Part shown: piece by piece, positions 1 through 12,024 of the stretch
How positions within the stretch are numbered: the first letter of the stretch is position 1
How the letters are laid out: each line of letters opens with the position of its first letter
Assembly (NCBI GenBank): GCA_008369845.1
Contig: MRSU01005082.1
Coordinates: 1 to 52,483 of the forward strand
Source of the DNA: Trichomonas gallinae
Lineage: Eukaryota
Direction of reading: 5' to 3'
DNA: 52,483 bases
Notes under the pieces: generated by a model
What the model saw: the letters and a program-made list of their open reading frames with translations, nothing else
Database searches by the model: none
Told to the model about the DNA's origin: nothing
Translations under genes and position numbers: made by a program

Positions 1-417
1 ATTGAGTAGATGCATGTTTGGGTGATCTATACATTGGCCACACTATTGAAGCCAGAAAGCATTTTTATAAACCAAAAAGGTTTCATTTGTAGGACCGATA
101 AGATTTTAACGTCATTTCTATCGTCGTTTCTACACCTCTATTTATATGATTGAATAAAAAATTTAATTTTAATTCATGTTTTTCATCACAAATCTAAATA
201 AAATTTGATATAGATGATAAAAATCCGGTTAATTTTGAAATTTATAATGATATCAAATTTCGATTTTTTCGATTTAAATTTGGTCATCGTTAAACAGCTG
301 AGAAAGGCCAGAATGTGATAAAAAGCAGTGAAAAAGACTCAGATGATCGAAAAAAATCAAAGTAGGTCACATTTCAAAAAGTGACAGAAGATTTTCCCAA
401 AATTTTTTCACTTTGTT

Positions 418-1185
418 ATGAGTGCGAAGAATTTCATCCTTGTTATGTCTGGCAAAGGCGGCGTTGGCAAGTCAACGACGGCAGCCAACATTGCACGTGC
501 TTATGCAGCCAAATACGGAAAAGTCGGCCTTTTGGACCTTGATCTCACCGGACCATCAATTCCTACGCTTTTCGGCATCAAAGACAAGGAAATCAAGAAC
601 AGAAATGGAAAGATGGTTCCACAAGTAGTTGATGGCGTCCAAATCATGAGTCTAGGATTGATGCTTGCCGATCCACACGATGCTGTTATATGGAGAGGCC
701 CAAAGAAGTCATCAATGATCAACCAATTCTTCCAACTCGTCGACTGGGACTGTGGAACTGTCATCGTCGACCTTCCACCAGGCACAAGTGATGAACATTT
801 ATCTACTTTCGATATTTTGAATAGGAATGGTTATTCTTACTCAGTTGTCATCGTTACTACACCAAACGTTCTTGCTGTTGCTGATGTGCGCAAGGGCATT
901 AACCTTTGCCTTAAAGTGAATGCAAAAATTATTGGAATTATAGAGAACTTCTGTGGTGTTGTTTGCCCATGCTGCAATGAAGTATCTCCATTACTTGGTG
1001 ATAAAGCCGCTGAAATCATGAGTAATGAATTAAATTTGGAAATCTTAGCTAAGATCCCATTCATGCCACAAGCAGCATCTGCAGCAGACAAAGGCGAGAA
1101 GAACGATGTCATGCTTTCATTCTTTAATGATGTTATTGAAAAAATTGCTCAACCAGTTCAGGCACCAGACGTTGTCGCGCAATAA
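418..1185 (+). CDS. CFD1: Mrp/NBP35-family P-loop NTPase, Cfd1-like cytosolic Fe-S assembly scaffold
   Basis: Contains SGKGGVGKST Walker A, DLDLTGPSIP, VIWRGPKK, VDLPPGTSDEH and ENF..VCPCC (CPxC). Lacks the N-terminal four-Cys extension of Nbp35, hence Cfd1 type. Confidence 0.85.
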   Translation: MSAKNFILVMSGKGGVGKSTTAANIARAYAAKYGKVGLLDLDLTGPSIPTLFGIKDKEIKNRNGKMVPQVVDGVQIMSLGLMLADPHDAVIWRGPKKSSMINQFFQLVDWDCGTVIVDLPPGTSDEHLSTFDILNRNGYSYSVVIVTTPNVLAVADVRKGINLCLKVNAKIIGIIENFCGVVCPCCNEVSPLLGDKAAEIMSNELNLEILAKIPFMPQAASAADKGEKNDVMLSFFNDVIEKIAQPVQAPDVVAQ

Positions 1186-1321
1186 AGTGAAATAGATAGT
1201 ACTGATATTCAATTACAAAGATTTTTTATTTTAGAAAAAATATAATTTTTTAATATTTAACATTTATTAAAATACAAACAATATAAATAGTGATATACAT
1301 ACAGATATTGCAAATAATGCA

Positions 1322-2185
1322 TTACTTTTGATCAGAGTTGTTATTTGATTCATCTGGTTTTGAATCTTTGGATTCTTGCTGTTTTCTCCTCTGCTCTTCC
1401 CATATTTCGACCATTTCTATCGAATTCTCTGTTAGCATTTGAACAGAAGGGAATTTGAATTTCTTTCTGAATAATTTCATTTCTTTTTCTGTGAAACCTT
1501 TCTTAGCTATTTCAAGTCGAGTTGCGAACTCAGGAATTAATTGAATTGCAAGCAAATCATATTCTTTCCTAACTTCAGCTAATTGAGCTCTTCTTTTAGC
1601 GAGTTTTATCTGTGATTGAATGGCTCTCGATGGATAAGGTTGGCGTATAAAGTTAGGAACACCACCTTTATTGAGTGTTTTCATATCTTGTTCAATTTTA
1701 GCGAATCTTAGCAATCCTTGAAATTCTCTTAAATTATTTAATACTTTTTTGTGTTTGTCAGTTAAATTTGTTATCACTTCTTCGAGTCTTTTGATTTCTT
1801 CTGTTAAAACTCGCGATGAGAAAAAAGATGCTTGGTTTTGGTTAGGTGATGACATGAAATCTATGTTTGTCCTCTTCACTGATGTCGCTGTTGTAGGGAA
1901 TGAATGAAGAAGCTGAGCTGATTCAATATAACGTACAGCATCATTTTGATGTAAAGCAAATTCATCCTTCAATTCCAGCAGCAGAGACAACAAGTAAACC
2001 TCTGGTTCAGCGAATTTATCATTTAGAATGCGCCGCATATTTTCCTTAAGATAATGAACTTGATTATTCAGCAAATTTAGCTTCTGCGATAATCTAGTGT
2101 ACTCGTACTTGCTTTTTGGCATGTTCTTCAGAGTTGGAAGTATTTTGTTTGCATGTGTAAGATTAAGACTTCCAAACTGAGACAT
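1322..2185 (-). CDS. Hypothetical coiled-coil protein (likely start MSQFGSL at 2185; ORF extends to 2233)
   Basis: Long ORF with heptad-like K/E/L-rich helices and no recognisable domain. Confidence 0.65.
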   Translation of the reverse strand: MSQFGSLNLTHANKILPTLKNMPKSKYEYTRLSQKLNLLNNQVHYLKENMRRILNDKFAEPEVYLLSLLLELKDEFALHQNDAVRYIESAQLLHSFPTTATSVKRTNIDFMSSPNQNQASFFSSRVLTEEIKRLEEVITNLTDKHKKVLNNLREFQGLLRFAKIEQDMKTLNKGGVPNFIRQPYPSRAIQSQIKLAKRRAQLAEVRKEYDLLAIQLIPEFATRLEIAKKGFTEKEMKLFRKKFKFPSVQMLTENSIEMVEIWEEQRRKQQESKDSKPDESNNNSDQK

Positions 2186-3008
2186 GCAAAATGACTCATT
2201 TATTATGCAAACGTTATATACAACTATAGACATCCTTATTTATCAGTATATGAACAACATATCAAAAAAAAAAATATTTTCAAATTTTAAATATTTTGTT
2301 ATATAAGCAATTTTACATTACAAAACGTTAAATAATCCATTTTTATATTAATTTGCAAGATGTATTTCAAAATCACATCATTTTTTATATTTTTAATATT
2401 TTTCCAACTACAAATTTCATTGCACCTATTAATGGACACATTGTTATAGCTATAATCGAATTATTTTAATATCATACGTTTAATAAAATGAATATCATCC
2501 TTATTTTGACTTGACATTGATATTATGTCCATCCTCACGAATCTATAATGAAATTGGAGCTAAAATCGAATCACTAATATGATACAAACAATGATATAAC
2601 TGTGCAAGTTGCATTTGTGCCTGTTTGATGAAAATATATATTAATTTAGTATTTTAAACTTTGATGACAAAACAGTGCGACTTGTAAAGTTTTTGATGTG
2701 TTTGCCACCTATAAATGTACTGTTTTGATATGATAAATTTTTTATCTATTTTTGTTAAAATATAGGAAAAAAATTCAACTCGTATTGAGCTTTTAATGGA
2801 GCTCCATTTAACGCATTCATCTCATAGAAGAATTAAATAACCAATCTCAACATATCGCTCGCATGATAATTCAGATATTATCGCGTATTATTACAATATA
2901 GAGCAAAAAACATTCAAAGTTTGAGAAGATTAGTGTCCTGATGCATAGAATATTACACACACGCTCCAATACTGAAAAAGAAGAAAAAGATAATTAGAAT
3001 AGCTTTAT

Positions 3009-4967
3009 TTAAACAGAGACAAGGGTTTGCTTTCTGAGGAAATCCTTGAAAATATCGACAATTTCAACACCCGAGCAATCGAACTCAGCGAGTTTCTCTA
3101 AGAACGAATGAGCTTCATCACTTGAAATCGCTCCATAGTTAATGATGAGTTTGGCAGCTGCCTCGAAGACAGCTTCATCAATTTCCTCAACGTCGAACAC
3201 GTCGAGGACTGCTTCAACGCCTTTAGACTCTCTGAACCTTCTCCTAACGCCTCCCTGAGGAACAAGATTCGTGAGAGTCTGCAATGCATAGCAGACGACT
3301 TCAGACGATGGATGCCTTATCAAAATGATGAGCAGCTCAGGAAGCTTAGAAGAAATCAACGCATCATTAGGTGCAAGTGCTAAGTTACAAAGAGCTCTCA
3401 ATGCTTCAATGATGCTCGGCAAATTCTTCGAGACTATAGCAACAGGGAGTGCAGCAATAAGTTCAGGTGGGCACCACATAGGATCGTGCGACGTGAAGTT
3501 TGCTGCGACGCAGAGAAGGTTGAGTCCTGCACGCTCATTCTCAGAGTATTTGTACCTGGCGAAAAGAGGAGGAATGAACTCAGACAATGACAAAATTTTA
3601 GCGCACTCAGGATGAACAGACAAGTTCGCAATTACCTGGAGAAGATATGCGAGAGCCTGATCGTCCTTGAGAATGAATTCAGCCGAAAGCTTATCAGTCA
3701 ATATAGCTACATCAACTGGGTCGTCGATTTTAGAGCTCTCTTCGCAGATTTCTTCTTCGTATGATGCAAAATCTGCGTAAACGTAAGAAAGGCGCTGAAC
3801 GAGTGGAGATTTTTCAGCGATCTTCATATAGTAGAGGAATACTATGACAAGCTGACGTGCTGTGAAGTTCTCAATCAGTGAAGCGCGGACATCATCATAT
3901 CCGGAAAATTTGGTAAGAACACTGAAGCAATTTGTAGCGATCGAATGTATTGTTGAGTCGGATAATCCAACATTTCTAACGAGAAAGCTCATTAAACTGA
4001 TGTGAAGATTATTTTGCATGAATGTCTCATGATTTTCTTTTTCCATCATGAGGTTTCTAAAGATACCACTCGCGATATCCCATATTGAGTTGGAATTTTT
4101 CTCGTCGTATGATAATAAAGAATACAATGTATTGAAATTCGGGAGACTGACAAGTAATTTTCTGAATTTCTCGTTATTTGTAGCGTTTTTGATTGTCCTT
4201 GCTGCGTATGTTTTGACTTTGATGACTTTATCAGTAGAAATCAAATCTAATAACAAGCTAGGAACATTCGAGGAAAGGAAGAAAGTGTCGTTCTCCTCTC
4301 TTGTGGAAATCCTGAACAGCGTGCGTGCAATAAAAGTCTGAAAATGCTCGACGGGTGTATCTGATTTTTTAGGAGTCTCTGGTCTTCTTTCTGTTTGTGG
4401 ACTTGCTGGCTTGATTGGCGGCAATACAGCCTTGATTCCTATGTTTCCTGGGACAGGAGTAATGATATTTGGCGTTCTTGATGATGATCTCGATGATGTT
4501 GGCTTTAAAATGTTGCCAAGGTTGTTAGAGATGATGTTAAGGCCCTCGAAAAGATGTATAAATGTCGCTGAAGTAACCTGAAGATTTTTATCTACTGGTT
4601 TTCCGCCAATTGAATCTTTAGAATCAACAATATCTGATAATTTCGGATACATTTCTTTGTAAACGTCTAAATCGTTCTTGCTGAGGCCTGTTGTGTCGAT
4701 GATTCCTTGTGCTGCCTGTGCGAAACATAATAAGGTATCTTCAAGATCAATTGGATTCGTTGATAATTCGAGCTGAGCTTTAACCTGTTCGAATGGAGAT
4801 TTATTCATATCTCCAATGTCAATAATTCTCGACATACTTAAATTATTTGATATCGAATTTCTATTTTCGTTGCTTTCTCTTGACATACTGTGTGACGTCG
4901 TGGGCCTCTCCATGGGCTCCAATTTAATAAGGCGTTTTGGAGTGTTCTTCTTAATAACACGAGTCAT
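3009..4967 (-). CDS. Armadillo-repeat protein (ARMC2-like)
   Basis: C-terminal ARM-type helical repeats (LLQVIANLS, EALRALCNLA, YALQTLTNL) after a low-complexity S/P-rich N-terminus. Confidence 0.7.
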   Translation of the reverse strand: MTRVIKKNTPKRLIKLEPMERPTTSHSMSRESNENRNSISNNLSMSRIIDIGDMNKSPFEQVKAQLELSTNPIDLEDTLLCFAQAAQGIIDTTGLSKNDLDVYKEMYPKLSDIVDSKDSIGGKPVDKNLQVTSATFIHLFEGLNIISNNLGNILKPTSSRSSSRTPNIITPVPGNIGIKAVLPPIKPASPQTERRPETPKKSDTPVEHFQTFIARTLFRISTREENDTFFLSSNVPSLLLDLISTDKVIKVKTYAARTIKNATNNEKFRKLLVSLPNFNTLYSLLSYDEKNSNSIWDIASGIFRNLMMEKENHETFMQNNLHISLMSFLVRNVGLSDSTIHSIATNCFSVLTKFSGYDDVRASLIENFTARQLVIVFLYYMKIAEKSPLVQRLSYVYADFASYEEEICEESSKIDDPVDVAILTDKLSAEFILKDDQALAYLLQVIANLSVHPECAKILSLSEFIPPLFARYKYSENERAGLNLLCVAANFTSHDPMWCPPELIAALPVAIVSKNLPSIIEALRALCNLALAPNDALISSKLPELLIILIRHPSSEVVCYALQTLTNLVPQGGVRRRFRESKGVEAVLDVFDVEEIDEAVFEAAAKLIINYGAISSDEAHSFLEKLAEFDCSGVEIVDIFKDFLRKQTLVSV

Positions 4968-5495
4968 TTTTATTTTTTTTATAAATACGTTTCAAAAATT
5001 TCCAAATCTAAAACTCAAAATAACTAAATATTTGATATGTATATACTATAAAGAACTTAAATTTAATTTAAAATCACGAGCTAAGCAAAATTTAATGTAT
5101 TCTTTATCATTTCAGCTATTTTATTTTGAATTATGAATTTACTCAATATAAAAATAAATAATATAAATATTTCGATATAAAATTGAAAATATCTCGATAA
5201 TTTATTAATAATCGATAACTAATTTTTATAAATATAACATTATTATTTTATAATATATTAATTAAAATAATAAAATTGCAATTATAAATAAATTTTTGAT
5301 TTTATTAAAAATTATGATTGTACATATTATAAATATAATAAATATTAACAAATTAGATTAATTTTTTATATATTTCAACAATAATTTAACAAATCATCAT
5401 TTTAAAATGGAAAAATGGAGGATTTATATATAAATATAATAAAATATGCAATAAAATGCGAAAAATAAATTTAGTTGACGATAGATCAAAAAAAC

Positions 5496-7529
5496 ATGGA
5501 TGACGGACTAGATTTGGGCGAGTTAGACATCACAACTAAGGATGTCGACTTCGAAGAAATGGAGCAGGACATCCAGAGATTCGCTTCAGAGCCATCTGTT
5601 CGTGCTGTTCTCGAAGTCGGCGTCGATCTCCAAAATTATTCAGCGCAAATTAAAAAAGAATTAGACGATGTTGAAGCTGCATCAATAGAGGATTACTTGA
5701 AGCAAATTCCGCGTGTTGATGCCCTTCACGAAGAAATTTTAGCATGTGATAAAACTCTGGAAGCGATGGAGGACCTTCTAGTTACTTTCAAAGGATCCCT
5801 CGGTCAGCTTTCAACAGAGATTAGCACTCTTCAAACAAAATCTCAAGAAATTTCGATGAAACTTGAAAATAGAAAATCTTTAGATCAATTTCTCGGTGAA
5901 TATACTCACGAAATCGCAATTACGAAAGATTTCACAGATGCAGTGACAAATACTGAAGTTGGAGCTGGATATGTCAAGATTGTCGTAGAACTCGGAAACA
6001 AGCTTAAATTCTCACAGAGACCTGATATTAAAACTACACCGGCTGCAGTAGAGACAAGAGCGAAGTTCGAACAGCTTCGTGGCCGCGCAGCCGAAAAAAT
6101 TCGAAAATGGATGAGCCAGGAGATCACAGCGATTCGTGAGAACTTCCCTGACGACCAACTTGCAATCCAGAATTCGCTTTTAAGATGCCAGCCTTTAATT
6201 AAATTTATCAAAGAATTCGAACCAAGCGTCGCAGAATCTGTCGAAAGATACTACGTGGATGCTCTCTCAAGATTATACAACGAAGTTTACAAATATACAT
6301 GCAAGAGTTCCCTTAGAAAAATGGCGCAAATTTCAATGTCACCAGAAACAATTGTTCCGACAACTCAGAGATCATTTTTCAAGAAGAAAGTCACACTCGG
6401 TGAATCTACACTCTTCTTCTCGCTTGGAGAACGCCAGAAATTACTGAATGATATTCTTGCTCCTCCGCAAGTCTTCGAAGAAGGCTCCTTCCCAATCGAA
6501 TCACTCTTGAGAAGCGTATATCAGAAGCTTATCGATACTGTCACAGCTGAGCACGCATTTGCATCTTATTTCTTCGATGATGACAATATTACCGCAAATA
6601 TTTTCGCTGAAACAACCAGAAACCTCGAGTCTTTCTTCGACGAGCTCCTCCCGAGGATCACAGACCCAATTTGTGTGATTCTGCTCTTGAGAATCGTCAC
6701 AGCAGAAAAAGATGAAATGTCTCGTCGCAGATGCTTCAAGATCAACACTCATTTGCAGACAATAGCTAAGAAGCTCTCAGATAGATTCCACGTAATCTGC
6801 AACAACAACATTTCAGCGCTCGAGGCGACAGACCCGCTGATTTTCATGGAAAACGAACAAACGGCTCATCACGCTAATGCTATGACTAAGAGATTCTCAG
6901 ATTTCGCTCGCTCGCTTTCTCTTCTGTTGAACGACGAAGTCGCCGAAGTCATGGTCCCTGATTTGCACGGCGTCTCAGCTTCTGTTATTGACCTGCTCGA
7001 GAGAACATCTAAGGAATTCAAGACAGTCGAGCTCAATGTAATTTTCTTGATTAACAACTACTGCGCAATCATCGCGACATTGAAGACAATTGAAGGCTGC
7101 CCGCTGCTAGAGCTGTTTGAGCAGAAATATGTTGACTGTGTCGAGCATTTCGTAGACTTGCAGTTAAGCTTGAATTTCAAAGATTTGTTCGAAATCGTCA
7201 GAAAAGCTTTCCACAAGTTGGATTCACCTGAACCTGTTAAAATCAACGTCATCGAAAAAGAGCTCAAGGAGATTGCACTCGATTTCAAGGACAACCACAT
7301 AGACAAAGTCAAGAAGATCGCTGAACTGCAATTCCACAAGTTCGGCGACTTCAACAGCGCGAGAGAAATTTTGATGCAGCTCGCGAAGAGATTAGTTTTG
7401 TATTGGGCGAAGTTTGACCAGTTATGCAAGTCAACGATCAAAGGCCCAATTCCTCCGTGGCTCCAGAACATTGTCTCCCCACAGCAGGTTGTCTTGAACA
7501 TCCGCCCAATCACCGAGTCTTTCTGTTAA
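5496..7529 (+). CDS. VPS52: Vps52/Sac2 GARP complex subunit
   Basis: LEVGVDLQNYSAQIKKEL, IEDYLK, LHEEILACDKTLEAMEDLL.TFKGSLGQLSTEISTLQ.KS..ISMKLENRK and IFLINNY are characteristic of Vps52. First ATG is at 5496. Confidence 0.92.
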   Translation: MDDGLDLGELDITTKDVDFEEMEQDIQRFASEPSVRAVLEVGVDLQNYSAQIKKELDDVEAASIEDYLKQIPRVDALHEEILACDKTLEAMEDLLVTFKGSLGQLSTEISTLQTKSQEISMKLENRKSLDQFLGEYTHEIAITKDFTDAVTNTEVGAGYVKIVVELGNKLKFSQRPDIKTTPAAVETRAKFEQLRGRAAEKIRKWMSQEITAIRENFPDDQLAIQNSLLRCQPLIKFIKEFEPSVAESVERYYVDALSRLYNEVYKYTCKSSLRKMAQISMSPETIVPTTQRSFFKKKVTLGESTLFFSLGERQKLLNDILAPPQVFEEGSFPIESLLRSVYQKLIDTVTAEHAFASYFFDDDNITANIFAETTRNLESFFDELLPRITDPICVILLLRIVTAEKDEMSRRRCFKINTHLQTIAKKLSDRFHVICNNNISALEATDPLIFMENEQTAHHANAMTKRFSDFARSLSLLLNDEVAEVMVPDLHGVSASVIDLLERTSKEFKTVELNVIFLINNYCAIIATLKTIEGCPLLELFEQKYVDCVEHFVDLQLSLNFKDLFEIVRKAFHKLDSPEPVKINVIEKELKEIALDFKDNHIDKVKKIAELQFHKFGDFNSAREILMQLAKRLVLYWAKFDQLCKSTIKGPIPPWLQNIVSPQQVVLNIRPITESFC

Positions 7530-8014
7530 CTTTATAATATTCCTAAATTTATTTATCTATTGGTAATTGTAATATTTTTCAAGTTAGATAATAACATTTT
7601 TAGGTAAATTATTTTATTTAGTAGACGAGAATCAAATGGCCGAAAACTACAGGAAAAGTCATGAAGTAGTAATGCAATGTGATCATTGGCAGCTTGATTT
7701 TCTTGGTGATTAAACATTAAATGTTTGAAAAGCATGTTTTATTTTGACGGACTCAAAGATTGACACGAAATTAAACTTTATCAATCACGTATCATTAAAG
7801 TATGGAGTCATATGAACAGCTCGAGCCAATGACAACATCACTGCAGAACACTAATTCAAGAAATTCGAAGCAAGTTTATTGCTTCATATCGATATAATAT
7901 GTGATGTGTCAAACGGAAACGAATTTTGTCATGTAAAGTGTTAAATAATATTTTATTGAGCAGAAATGTTTTACATGACAGATTTGACTCTGACAAATTT
8001 CAGAGTCAAACGGA

Positions 8015-9169
8015 ATGAATCTTAATTTAGAGTTCATCAAAGAAAATGAAAGCGCATTACAGGCAAAAGAAGGCCAAGCATGCATTTCACAGTTAAGATA
8101 TAAAGAAGATAAAGGCACATTTTGGTTCTGCGAAGGATATGATGTACTTACTTTTAATGGTACAGGAACAAATGTTGTATTTAAGCTTGGAAGATATATT
8201 TGGGTTCAAATTCTCGAGTGGACAAATCCTGTTGCCATTTTAGAAAGATCAGTTAAATTCAATTCCTTCCTTCTTGGTGTAAAGGCTCCATACATTCTAA
8301 CATTTGCTGACACAAAATCTCGCGAGGACTTTCTTACAAGAGTGAATGATGTTATTGCTCAACAAAAATTAGTTAGTAATATGTTAATCGATGTTCCAGC
8401 AACATATTACTCTGATATTGATACAGAAGGCATTGAAGGTATATTTAATGCTACAAAAGATGGAATTATTTATATGACTCCGAAAATAATTTCTTTCGCA
8501 ACATTGTTGATTAATACGAAAGCATATCATCAAATAAATCCAGAAGCCCTAGGTGAGGATATGATAAAAATGAACAATATTAACATCAATACCCAAAATT
8601 CATTTCCAATAAGAGTCAAATTTCAATCAAATCGTGACGATATCCTTGCAAAACTCCAGGAAATCATTAAATCTACAGATATCAATATAGATATTACTGC
8701 ACAAAACCCAGTTTCATTCAAGAAAGAAGAAGAAGCTGATAAAGATGACGAAGATGGAGACAAACAAGAAGAAGGAGAGAGCAAATTTACTGAATTCCCT
8801 TCAATCATCCTTGAATCACTCACAGGAGAAGAAAATGATGAAATTTTATTTACTGATGTAGTTAAAATTTACATAATGGATGATTTAAAGTGGCTTTGTC
8901 TTGGATTTGGTGATTTCCACATCAATTATACAAGTGATGGAAAATATAGAATGACTATGCGTCGCGGACCTAATCGTATTGTTACTCTTAACCAGTATAT
9001 TTTCAAGGAGATGCGACCAACAATGCATGCAGATTGTATAATGCAGTTCATTGGATATGTTAATATGGTTCAACCAGCTCGTGCTGTTTTAATTAGATTT
9101 TCTAGTGTCGAAAATCTCGAAATTGTTGACTTCCTCATGCAAAATGCTATTAATCCGACGGAAAAATAA
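8015..9169 (+). CDS. Protein with C-terminal RanBP1-type (RanBD/PH-fold) domain
   Basis: After an acidic linker, GEENDEILF..VKIY....KW..LG.GDFHI...GKYRMTMRR...IVTLNQYI...M resembles the RanBD consensus. Confidence 0.65.
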   Translation: MNLNLEFIKENESALQAKEGQACISQLRYKEDKGTFWFCEGYDVLTFNGTGTNVVFKLGRYIWVQILEWTNPVAILERSVKFNSFLLGVKAPYILTFADTKSREDFLTRVNDVIAQQKLVSNMLIDVPATYYSDIDTEGIEGIFNATKDGIIYMTPKIISFATLLINTKAYHQINPEALGEDMIKMNNININTQNSFPIRVKFQSNRDDILAKLQEIIKSTDINIDITAQNPVSFKKEEEADKDDEDGDKQEEGESKFTEFPSIILESLTGEENDEILFTDVVKIYIMDDLKWLCLGFGDFHINYTSDGKYRMTMRRGPNRIVTLNQYIFKEMRPTMHADCIMQFIGYVNMVQPARAVLIRFSSVENLEIVDFLMQNAINPTEK

Positions 9170-9749
9170 CTTGTCTTTTTATTAAATATTATTATATTAA
9201 TTATAACAGAAAATGCTTTTATTGCATAAAATATTTGAAGGCCATCAATGCTAAACATACATTGATTAGCAATCAGAAATCAACGATTAAATTGGTGGAA
9301 TTATGGTATATTTAGTAGGAATATATCATATTTATTGTATATAGAGTTATAATGTTTATGAATTTAGATTGATTTGCATTAATAAAATTCTCGATTAAAT
9401 TATTTTTCTTTGTTATCGAAAAATGAATCATGAAAATAACTCAACAGGCGTATAAATAGCATATCTCAGTAATACTCTTTTTATCTTCTTCGGATATTAA
9501 TCAGTTCAGTTCAAAAAACATTCTTAGCCAAAAAATACACTAGAATTATTATATTATGGAAGTAATCTATCCAAATCGATAACTTATCGAGTAAAACTAC
9601 TATTTTTGTGATTTAATCAAAAAATTGACATATGCGAACACTAGTTTTTTTAAAGCGAAACGGAATTTAGTGGACATAAATATGTTGTATGCGAATTTAG
9701 AAAGACTTGTCATCGAGATGATTGATTGGCAATAAATATTTAGAACGAT

Positions 9750-10415
9750 ATGGGCAGTTTTGACACACCGGTTTTAGATATGTTCCTTAACCTTTATCTT
9801 CAAGGTGCTAAGACATGGAAGCCATATTGGGTTGAAATCCGTGATAATTTCTTGGATATTTCTGTTGAATATGGCAAGGAAGCTTTCACATCATACCATA
9901 TTGGCGTATTAAAGGTCCGCCCTTCAAAGGATTTCCCAGATCGTCCAGATGTCCTCGAATTTTACGATGGAGATGGCTTAACACAAGTTCGTTTTTGGGT
10001 TTTCACTTACGACCCATTCGATATCCTTGAATTTTTCAAGGGAGTCTGCGCCTCTTACAAGAACTGGCGTGAAAATATTCAGCGCGAAAATACACCACAA
10101 CACTTTACATGCGAAGTTAAGCCACCGGGCTTTTTCAGTGCAAACGTCGAATGGAAAGTATCTCAAGACAGAATTTCAATAGCTAAGAGCGGCCGTGAGG
10201 AGTCGTGTATCCTCCTGAAAGATTTAGTTTCGATTACTCCTTCTGCAAGCTCATCAAAGCCAAATGCATTCAAATACTCTCTTAAGAATGGCGGCGAAAA
10301 GGATGAGCACCGCTGCCTTACACTTGCTAATATGAAGCAGCTTCTCGATGCTATCTATACAAATACTTTCATTATCAAATCTGCCTCTGAAGGCGCTCAA
10401 GCACCACCGGAGTAA
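9750..10415 (+). CDS. Hypothetical protein, probable tandem PH-like domains
   Basis: KTWKPYWVEIRDNFL beta-strand pattern with a C-terminal helix, followed by a second similar beta/alpha unit. Confidence 0.55.
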   Translation: MGSFDTPVLDMFLNLYLQGAKTWKPYWVEIRDNFLDISVEYGKEAFTSYHIGVLKVRPSKDFPDRPDVLEFYDGDGLTQVRFWVFTYDPFDILEFFKGVCASYKNWRENIQRENTPQHFTCEVKPPGFFSANVEWKVSQDRISIAKSGREESCILLKDLVSITPSASSSKPNAFKYSLKNGGEKDEHRCLTLANMKQLLDAIYTNTFIIKSASEGAQAPPE

Positions 10416-10770
10416 TTAAAACCATTTGGCTCTATTTTGAATGGTATTCAAATTTCGAATTTTTATATCCAATATTAAAAGCAAAAAGTCTGAGTTTTTA
10501 AATTTTTTAAATTATTATATACGAAATTTATAAATTTCACACAGAAAACATCATCTAAGTTATAGTCTTTTGATTTCTCAGTGAAATTTGACGATTTCAA
10601 GCAATTTCAAATTTTATTTTTTTTATTTTGTCCGAAAATGTTTTTGGATAACTATGTGGCTTATTATGAGATGAGCTAAAAGAACAAATTAATATCAAAT
10701 TATGAAATATTAAACAATTTTTAATAACAATAAAAAATATTCTAAAAAAAAGCTAAAAAACTAATATGTA

Positions 10771-12024
10771 TTAAGTGAAACTGTGCGATTGCTGATCTAA
10801 CAACCACTCATCTTGAAGGACTTTCTTTCGAATTGAAATGAAAATAATTCCAACTGCAAGGATTAGCGATGTTACTGTGATTGCAACAAATAATATAATG
10901 AGTTGGTTCCTTACTGGTATAGTTTTCTGAGGTTCTTGCGTTGATGTTGGTTTGAAATCGCAAATTTGTGAATAATACAAAGAAGTCTTGAAAGGATCAA
11001 TCTGGCCAGCTCCAGATGCATTATAGACGGGAGCTTCGTTTCTTAAACCAATTTCTGATATTTTATCTATATGAGAAGTTCTGATGCTTAATGTGAAGTT
11101 TGTTCTGCCGGTTCTTCCCATATTAGGCCCAGTTAGGATGTTCCTAGAGAAATCTGAGTTAACTACTGAGAAAATTGCATTATTTTCTCCTTGAATTGCT
11201 GTAAAAGCTGTTGAAACAGTATTGTTCTGTACAGCAACATATATTATTGAAATGGAGCGAGATCTGAACATAAGGAAACCAGTGTCTCCTGTGTTTTGAT
11301 AAAACAATGAAAATGTAATCAAAGCTGTGTTTGAGCCAATGAATCCAAGGAAAACACCATCGCCTTTGAACGTGTTATGGGAAGAATTTGCCCCATTAAC
11401 AATAGTGAAATCTCTAAATAATGAAAAAACATTATCTCCTTTATCAGCGTTGACTGGACAGTGATAGAAGGATATCAACCTTGTTGTAACAGAACTACTC
11501 CGCTTAGTATTATAAATTGCAACTGCGTGATGAGCTGAAGCAGCTAAACATCTTGTAAAGCAACATTTTTGAAGATATGGCTGCGGGCCACCGGCAAATA
11601 TAGCACCACCTCTGTCTGCCGCGCAGTCTTTGAAGGTGGATTCTTGTAAATGAATTATTGGATACATATCTTGTGGAAATGGAACGGAAATTGCACCACC
11701 ATTTTCTACCGTTTTGCAATTATCGAATATGCATTGTGTGATATTTAGATATTTGTCGTTAGCAAATTTATAACCAACAGAAAAACTTTGATTCCAGTAG
11801 TTAATTGAGTTGATAGAAATTACAGAATCCAAGAATCTGTTAAATTTAGAATGTGCGAATTGCAAACTTTCGATTTGTGTAGAACTTTTATAAAAATTTG
11901 TAAAAAACTTCTGCGCTTGAAGCCTTGAAAATCGAATATGTTGCGTGTTAGTTGATCGTGTTGTGGAAAATAGCGGAGAAGAACTGAAAGATGAAATAAT
12001 TAACGATGATATGCTATGATTCAT
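10771..12024 (-). CDS. Pmp-like (GGAI-repeat, beta-helix) type I membrane protein
   Basis: Contains FDNC...NGGAI and FKDC...RGGAI repeats, a single C-terminal TM (LIILFVAITVTSLILAVGIIFISI) and a short tail RKKVLQDEWLL. Confidence 0.65.
   Translation of the reverse strand: MNHSISSLIISSFSSSPLFSTTRSTNTQHIRFSRLQAQKFFTNFYKSSTQIESLQFAHSKFNRFLDSVISINSINYWNQSFSVGYKFANDKYLNITQCIFDNCKTVENGGAISVPFPQDMYPIIHLQESTFKDCAADRGGAIFAGGPQPYLQKCCFTRCLAASAHHAVAIYNTKRSSSVTTRLISFYHCPVNADKGDNVFSLFRDFTIVNGANSSHNTFKGDGVFLGFIGSNTALITFSLFYQNTGDTGFLMFRSRSISIIYVAVQNNTVSTAFTAIQGENNAIFSVVNSDFSRNILTGPNMGRTGRTNFTLSIRTSHIDKISEIGLRNEAPVYNASGAGQIDPFKTSLYYSQICDFKPTSTQEPQKTIPVRNQLIILFVAITVTSLILAVGIIFISIRKKVLQDEWLLDQQSHSFT

Noticed and set aside
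2796..2809. 14-bp palindrome AATGGAGCTCCATT
   Set aside because: Isolated, with no supporting context; plausible by chance in 52 kb.
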